From Chrysomallon squamiferum (taxonomy: Eukaryota; Animalia; Mollusca), in the NCBI GenBank assembly GCA_012295275.1, contig CM022669.1, forward strand, positions 11,532,001-11,596,000: DNA of 64,000 bases, in the 5' to 3' direction. Position 1 is the first letter of the stretch. Each line of letters starts with the position of its first letter. The notes beneath the pieces are model-generated. The model saw only the letters and a list, made by a program, of their open reading frames with translations, made no database searches and was not told where the DNA came from. Both the position numbers and the translations under genes were made by a program. This document shows positions 1 through 64,000 of this stretch, piece after piece.

Positions 1-317
1 TGTTTTTTGTTTAGTATTCTATCGGATTTACAGATAGAAGAGAGCATTTTATTAATCTTTTAATGTAAATATTATTACTTCTAATATAGCAAAGACTAGT
101 AGCCTAAAACAGAATAATAACAATTATAATCTCGACAGTCGTTAAACAGTAAAGGATTAAATCAGAAGACTATCCAATCCTAGATAAATGTATTCTGAAC
201 AACTCGTAATACTGAATTAGTGAAGGTAAACGAAATAAAATGTCAGTTAATGTATAACTCATTTATTAATACAATAGTTATATTTTACAATTCAAATATT
301 ATGCGAGCAAAACAATA

Positions 318-487
318 TCTATATTTATTTTGTAAACACTTGTGCAAATAATTCTGCAAAATTAACTAAATAATAATTCGCATGTCATGCAACCTACCAT
401 TTTGTATTTACTGATTTTGTTATCTATTGCGCAGCATACTTAAGGAACGAACCGAAAACATGCGACTAGTGATCAGTCCATTATAAT
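318..487 (+). repeat. Dispersed repeat, inverted copy of 11427-11595
   Basis: ~170 bp reverse-complement match including ttttgtaaacacttgtgcaaataattctgcaaa. Confidence 0.9.
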
Positions 488-2415
488 GAACATCGCCATT
501 CGGGACTGACGTTAGTTCGGAATACGGATACGGAATTGACCGTGTCAGCATGGTAGCAGCGTGACAAAATTGGGAGAAAACATCAAACACAGTTACAATT
601 TGAACATACCGTAATGAATGTATATAGAACCTATTAATAATGCAGATTTTTCTTTTCTTTGTTGTTGTTCTTGATCTATTTTAAATATATATATATTATT
701 ATTATCATTATGATTATTTATTACTTAAACAATTTTTATTTATTTTTTTAGTATTTGGTTAAATCTTCCCCCCCCCCCCTTTTTAAATTATTAGCTTTGT
801 GGAACATATCACCTGGATAAAATGATTTTCTCGGTATGCCCATTTCTCACTGCAGACAGTACAACAAACTGTTTTATCAAATGTTATTTCCTTCTTTTTT
901 TTCCAAACAGAAAGGTGAGAAATATATATTACTATCCATATTATTATAAAATGCTTTGTTTCTTCCTGTACAGTGTTTATGTTTTGCAACTATATTAAAT
1001 ATGGGTTTTTGTTTTATTGTTATTTTGATATTTCCTTTTAAACTTCTAAACTCTTTAGAATTCATTTGTTTGAGCAAAATTTAACATACACTGATACAGT
1101 AATAAAAATGCCACAGATTAAAAATAAAATTTATTGTTTTAAAACATGTAATATGAAAGCAATAAGTCTAATATCATAGCAAAACCAAAACAATTCTAAT
1201 GCAATAATCTGCACAAGTTTTTTCTCACTTAATTTTAGTAGCATGGTAACATTGTAAAAACATCTGACATTAGTCTGAAAAAACATGGCTTAATCTTTAA
1301 AAAACAAAAATATGATAATATAAAAAACTGAAATTTTTAATTTTTATATTTTTTAATGCTTGTTTTGCTTTTTCAAAATGTCTCAAATATTAAACGAATC
1401 TTAACTTTGATTTGAAAATTAAATTCAGTTTTAAAACATTACTGCTAATATAATTTTTCTATCTAATCCTCTACACTATGATACATCTACAGATAGGTGC
1501 TGCAATTGGAAATGAGTATACTACTGATCAGAATTCACATTCACCAAACTTTTTGTTAGAATTTTTACTCCATTAGTTATTTCTTACTATAATTAAGAAC
1601 ACAGCTAAAAATAAAACAATAACAGAAATTAAGACTGAAGTAAAAATTTATTACATATAAAGACAAAATACAAGAAAACATATTTGAATGTGTTTAGTTC
1701 TACTTTTGTTTCAAATGTAAACCTGAAAGTGAATGAAAATATGGTGATGGACAACATCATACAAAACACATCTAAAAGTAATAATATATCTTGAGAAAAA
1801 TATATTACCTTATTAATTTGTTTTATTTAACTGAACACTGCAAATTATAGAATCAGTAAACTGCTAAAATAATTCAGTTACAATGATAAATAAATTCTGA
1901 TATAATACAAATAACTTTCTGTATAATATAATGTATATAAATAAATTTCTGTATTATTTATTCTGAAATTTACAAGCCATCTTATTTTTGTTTATTAATA
2001 TTTAATCAATTAATAAATATAATTTAAATGTCTAAAATTAAACAATCTTATTGGACAAACCACCATATATATTTTTCATGAAATTTACAATTAGGTAAAC
2101 ATGTAAGGTTATAAAAATTAACAAAATACTAAAACAGTGATTCTGTGATGAAACAAATTTCTGTTAAATATGTGAAGAATGTATACAAATAAAAGATGGT
2201 GGGAAAGAAGATAACAATTTCATAGGTGGGAGCCATATTGGAGGCAAATAATAATTTCAAAGATTGTTTAAATAACAAAAGAACCTCCCTCAAAATTATT
2301 ACTTTGTTGGAGCATTTTCTTTTTTCTTTTGTATTTTTCTGATGGTCATAAAAACCAGTTTTTATGAAGTTAAAATATAAATTAATGGACTGGTTTTTCA
2401 TCTGGATTAAGCTGA

Positions 2416-46943
<44,528 letters not shown>

Positions 46944-49900
46944 TTTCGTCCAAATGCCAACAAGAACGTGAATTCGAGACAAAGAATGTGTTGGAAGTCC
47001 AGTTGCTGCGAAATATGAAATTATCCGTCTAGTTGAGTAAATTCACACCATGTTTGTTGCGTAGTTCAGAACAGTTCAGCTGTTGTGTCCTGGACGACAT
47101 CTGGTTTGATCAAATAAGTTATGTTGCATATACTGGTTCGATATTTATTTAGAATGTTAACATATCGAAAACGAGAAATCCCGACGTAGAGTGTCGGATA
47201 ATAACGAACACACTTGCATTACATGAACACGTAACGATGATTCGGAAAAAATGCGAAATATACTAAAGAAGTTAATAATTCAATTTAGTAGATAATTTAT
47301 TAATAATTATTCTTAAAGAAAATATATTTAATTCTATAATTCTTTCATTTTATGTTAATTTGATTTTTGTTTTTACGAAACGAAGGACGTATTTTCCTTT
47401 TCACTTACACGGTATGGTGACGTCGCACGGAAATGAGTAACTTTTTCATCCGATTTCACCACACACTTCTAGGTTAATCAAATTTTATTCCATACTCTGA
47501 ACCATCGTTAAAATAGTCTTATTATACACATAATTACATTTCACCAACTTGGACCAGATATCTCAAAACTGAGTTGCTGTAAACATATTTAAAACCAGTT
47601 AACATAAGCCTCGCATGTACACTGATAGAAGCAAACTTGTCTAACAATTCTAAAGTAAAAATAACCGCCGAGTCATATTATTAATTTAGTTTTTTCTTTT
47701 TATTATTGTCATATTGATTGAGATTAGTCAAATTAATGTTTGTCATTGGAAATGATTCGAAATATTAAACGTGCAAATATGCACAGAAATAAACGTAGTT
47801 ATATGAGCGTATCAGCTACTTGTCATGCCTAACAGAACTTTTTCAGTTTTGTACAGGCAACAAGAAGAGATTATTGAAATTATCTAGCAGAAGTATTTAT
47901 TTGGTATTGCGAATATTCTTGCATTTTCGTGCTTTAATACAACACATATAACATGCCATACGGAAGCAGTCCGTATCCAGAGATGCCGTATTAAGAAGAC
48001 CATGATTGGAAGGCACTTAAACTTAAGCCATTATTGTTTGAAGTGAAGGCCCCCCCCTCCCAAACAGCTAAGCAGAAATTTCTGAAGCTTATAGTAACGA
48101 CAGTATCAGTGACTGTGATACATACAAACTGCTACCTGGCCTATGAAATAACTTCTAAGAACCTGACACACAGTAATGCATTATCTGTTCAATAGACCCT
48201 CTGTGGAAACTCTTTAAAACGTCTTCTTTATTAGTGTTTTCTGAATTATGCTATGAAAATATATAATTTGGTTTATATCACATAGCCGTAACTACATTGA
48301 GGCAAATGAGGCAAATGCCTCATACAGAAATTAACGATTTAAAAAAAAAAAAATTATATATACAAAGATTTTATTTTAAAAATGTAAAATATAAATCTCT
48401 ATTCCGATCGAAACAATATCCCATGAATGAATTCGTTTATGTTTATGATTACCGTTTGAAGTTGGTCCCAAATTTTCTTTCCCCGCTCCGCACGGTGATT
48501 TAGTGTTACTGCGTGATTTCAAAAAGAGTCTAGTTACGGCCATGTATCACGTAACACTCGATACATTTTAAGCATTAGTACATTAGTGGAAATAGACCAG
48601 GTGCAATTCAGGGAATATTATTAATATTGAGTATCATAATAATATTCGTCTTAATACTGGTATGAAATGATTACTATTGCTGAGCTGCTGAAGAAAAAAA
48701 ATAATTCAAACTTATAAAAATAATTTAAAAAAAATAATCGTGCAGTTAGTTGATATAACTGGGATGTGTTGATGAAAATATATTAAACAGCATGCATGTA
48801 AATTAATGTAAACGCATGCCACGTCAGTGAACAAAGAAGTAAAAAAAAAAAAAACTTTTCAGTGATGTGATTAGTTGTGCCATAAACACCGATTTTATTA
48901 GTTTAGTGAAAATCGCAAAAAAACTGAACCCAAGTAGTACGCTTATAAGTATAACTAAAATAGATAGTGTATCTCAATACTTTCAATGCTACAATCCTAT
49001 TGTGAACACAGGACGGTTCAGGGATTTTTATATATATATATATATAGTAATTGCTGAGACGACACTACTTCAAACGCTTAGCAATCGTAAGAGATACAAT
49101 GGTATTTGTATGTATAACACATTAGTCATACTGTAACTTGATCATGAGACACCGTCTACTGAAGCACACCTTTGCTTAACTGGACTGCCTCAGAGCACAT
49201 CAGTTATGATACAGTGCATTATAAACTTATTAAACGAAAGCGTTTTTTTTTATCATGTATTTCAAAAAATATACATCCACCTGTAATTAATTACTTATAT
49301 ACATGTATATGATAATATGATCCTGAATATATATATATATATAAACATATATATATATATTTATGTATATACGTACGTATATATATGTGTGTGTGTGTGT
49401 GTGAGTGTGTGCTTTTCTATATTATCTTGAGTAATATGTGTGATCCTAAACATATAACAAATTGTGTCCATTTAGATATTACTTTGAATAATATGAATCC
49501 GATGTTCTGATATTATTAAATATATTAACTGATTGCGTATGACGGAACTGATTGGAGTTCAATTACTAAATAAAATTTCAGTAAAATTAACACAGTCTTT
49601 ATATTGTATTTCCTTTCTTTCTTTTGCCTCCCTTGTCGCACCACACCATTATTACTGTGTGTAACGTAGCATGTGTGCACTCAACCTTGAATTTTGCTGT
49701 TAAATGTGTATGACTGTTGGGAGGTTAATATAAAAAAAAAAAAAAAAAAAAAAAAACGACTAAAAAACCCACAAAAAGCCCACAACCCCCCCCCCGACAA
49801 AAACGAACAAAACAAACTAACAAGCATAAACAACAAAAACAAACAAAACAAACAAACAAAAACAAACAAAACAAACAAACAATAAAAACAAAACAAGAAA

Positions 49901-50053
49901 CAAACAAAAACAACCAGCTGTGTATATCTAGGGGCGGCCCCATTATCCTACAATGTCAAGATTAGCCTGTTTTATTTTTTTTTTTTTTTTTCCTTAAGCG
50001 AATCTTGTGATATTTATCTGTTATTAAGGATCTATGCATTCAGTAGTTCGCTG

Positions 50054-50105
<52 letters not shown>

Positions 50106-50117
50106 CCCTATATCTTG

Positions 50118-50145
50118 TTTCGTGGAAACATTCTACTTTCATTTT
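50118..50145. promoter_or_regulatory. GAS-like (TTCGTGGAA) plus ISRE-like (ACTTTCATTTT) module, copy 1
   Basis: Consensus match; followed by a donor-like gaggtgaggtaagt at ~50206-50219, a candidate non-coding first exon. Confidence 0.45.
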
Positions 50146-51204
50146 AGATTGAAGAAAACTTGATCTCACGTTCTGCTGCGCAGTAGATCGGGAACATTCG
50201 ACGACGAGGTGAGGTAAGTCTTGTTACACGAAAAGCGTAATGCAAAGAATGGGTAATTTAAAAATTATAATTTAAAGAGCAGCAATCATGAAACATACCT
50301 GACTAGCTTTTACAGTATAATATGGAGCCTATAAAATTTTGTGTTGGTCTGATTAACGATTTTTAGTATCTTCGCATTTATCGAATAAAAAAATAAATAA
50401 AAAAATAAATAAATAAAAAAAAGTTTACGTTTGTTTGATACTGATTCTAATTCTCATTAACAGTCACTGATAAAGTGATATTGTGAAATATTTTCATTGT
50501 AAATTACTGTCCTGATGAAACAAACATTATCAGAAAAAACACACGCACACACACGCACGCACAAAAAAACCAAAAGAAAAAAACATCAGAAAAACACACA
50601 CACACACACACACACAAAAAAAAAAAAAAATAATAAAAAAAAACCTCTATAACAAATATTTGGTATAAACGTTAAATTTCACGACCGGTAAACCAAAAGT
50701 TCACCTCCATATCTATCTAGATACAGACAGAGAGATTAGAGAGATATAATAAAAAAGCTAAAACATTTTGTGTAGATACTAATAGTTTTATGTAATTATC
50801 GTTGTAAATGAGTGTGCATGCTTAATATTTATTTATCTTTGTTTCGTTTTAATCAATTTGGCTGTTAAAATCATGAGTCAGACAACACCGCAAACCACAG
50901 AGTTTAAGGAAAAACTATAAATAAGGAAAAGACGAAAAAGATATATAACATGAGCGGCTGTTTTCACTGTACATTTGACACGATTATATTATGTATTTCT
51001 GCCTGTACTGTTCACGAATGACTGCATACTACAGATATATGACTGGGCTCTTACAATGACGTAGTTAAAAGTACGTAAACACAGATTAGGTCAGATGATA
51101 AGATTTTTCGGGGAAAAGACACGCGTATTCCCAGATATGTCAAGGATTTTACTAAGTTAGATTTCTCGAATTAGCTTTTGTATTAAGCTTTTCTTTGTGT
51201 GTCC

Positions 51205-51232
51205 TTTCGTGGAAACATTCTACTTTCAGTTT
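51205..51232. promoter_or_regulatory. GAS-like plus ISRE-like (ACTTTCAGTTT) module, copy 2
   Basis: 24-mer identical to 50118-50141; extra TTCGGGGAA at 51107-51115. Confidence 0.45.
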
Positions 51233-51464
51233 AAGGTCAATCTCAGGTTTTACTGCAATTTAGACTAGGGTTACTTACAGTCAAGGTATAAAAATAATAA
51301 TCCATTAGTGTGTCGAATAAAAAAACACAGCCCTTTATTTTCGCACGACCAACACAATGTACACAATGTAATCTAAGTTGTTTAGTCAGTTAAGATTATA
51401 TATCATCAGTTGTTAACACTAACCTATTTATCTACTATACTTTTGAGATATGTTTTGGTATCAC

Positions 51465-51512
<48 letters not shown>

Positions 51513-51818
51513 TATTATTATTATTATTATTATTATATTATTATTATTATTATTTGCTTTTCTTTTTTCTTTTTACTAAGATAAACTTTGATTCATATGT
51601 ATGTGTTTCTGTTGGGTTTTTTTGGTGTATACACTGTATGTGTCTGAGTGGGTGTGCGTCAGAAAATTAATGGTAGTGTAGGTTTTTATCCGTGTATGTC
51701 TGTGTATAAGTACATATGTGTCATTTTGCCCTAAAAGTGGAAGTTATTTCCCTTTGATACAGACAAATCGGCACATTTATTGTTAATTTAATAGAACAAA
51801 TTAGGAATCATTGTTGAC

Positions 51819-51849
<31 letters not shown>

Positions 51850-52222
51850 GTAGTAGTAGTAGTAGTAATAGCAGAAGTAGTGGTCTCACTTCCATAAATA
51901 CAAATAACAATAATAAAAATAGTATATAGTAATATTATATTATTAAAAGTAGTAACAGTAGTAAGTATTAAGAATAAAAGTAGTAGTAAGAACAGCGATT
52001 GTGACATAAAAAGTAGCAGTAATAGTATAGCAATCACGATAATGGAGTTAGTAGTAGCAAGGTAGTACAAATGGTAGTACTGTTGTAGTGATGGCAATAG
52101 TGAAAGTGGTAGTAGCAGTATTGGCAGTAAAATTATCTACGAAATGTTAATAGCTGAATGTTTATTTTGATTCTAGGATAAGTAGTGTAAGCAAACTGAT
52201 TATCAGAAATTAAAAAAGAAAC

Positions 52223-63502
<11,280 letters not shown>

Positions 63503-63523
63503 GTAAAATAATAAAATTAAAAA

Positions 63524-63568
<45 letters not shown>

Positions 63569-64000
63569 CAAAAATTTATAAATAAATAAATAAATACTTT
63601 CTTGATAATAATTAACTATCTTGTTCACTTCTTTAATAAATGTAAGGCTGCATATTTTTTGTGTTAACTTCATTGTGCTTTTTTCTAAAATACTTTTTCA
63701 GGCAAAACTGATTTAAGTGAATTGTGTTGAATAAAATACTTTTCAGTTTAAATAATACTTTTCAATTTAAATAATTAAATCTTTCAGGCAAGATGACATT
63801 TTTTATGTTGCAAATAGCTGTTATTCTCTTTAAGCTATCTGGTAAAATGTATCTATAAACTGACCACTATAATGACCACTATAATAGACCACTATAATGG
63901 GTAACATTCACATATATGCAGAATAGTGTGAAATATAACTCTATATGATATAATATTTTGTAGTATATATATATGTTCATATCCTACTAGTGTTTGTTAT

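Noticed and set aside
780-2415. Laminin poly(A) signal and 3' UTR end
   Set aside because: Many AATAAA matches in very AT-rich sequence; none can be singled out.
47958-47978. ATACGGA..TCCGTAT hairpin
   Set aside because: A 7-bp stem is expected by chance in 64 kb.

Overview
AT-rich, microsatellite-dense eukaryotic (animal) genomic DNA. Invertebrate, possibly gastropod mollusc, is an inference only. No prokaryotic features, rRNA, tRNA or CRISPR. Two head-to-head genes. (1) Minus strand 2416-46943: a complete laminin alpha-type chain, traced by hand as 52 GT-AG coding exons (~9.15 kb, ~3050 aa). Order: signal peptide, LN, ~4.5 LE, one short ~190-aa LF/IVb-like globule, ~4 LE, L4, ~6 LE, ~590-aa coiled coil, 5 LG. 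All junctions are in phase except exon 20/21. (2) Plus strand from ~50.1 kb to the window end: an unrecognised protein. It has a Lys-rich N-terminus, ~62 acidic decapeptide repeats in one 2.9-kb exon, then a tandem array of phase 1-1 coiled-coil exons (84/231/399 nt, whole heptads) mixed with dead copies. Upstream is a duplicated promoter-like module with STAT(GAS)-type and IRF(ISRE)-type motifs. Also present: an 805-bp TA-flanked Tc1/mariner-type MITE, SINE relics, minisatellites, and several intronic tandem duplications that copy splice junctions. All coordinates were read by eye.
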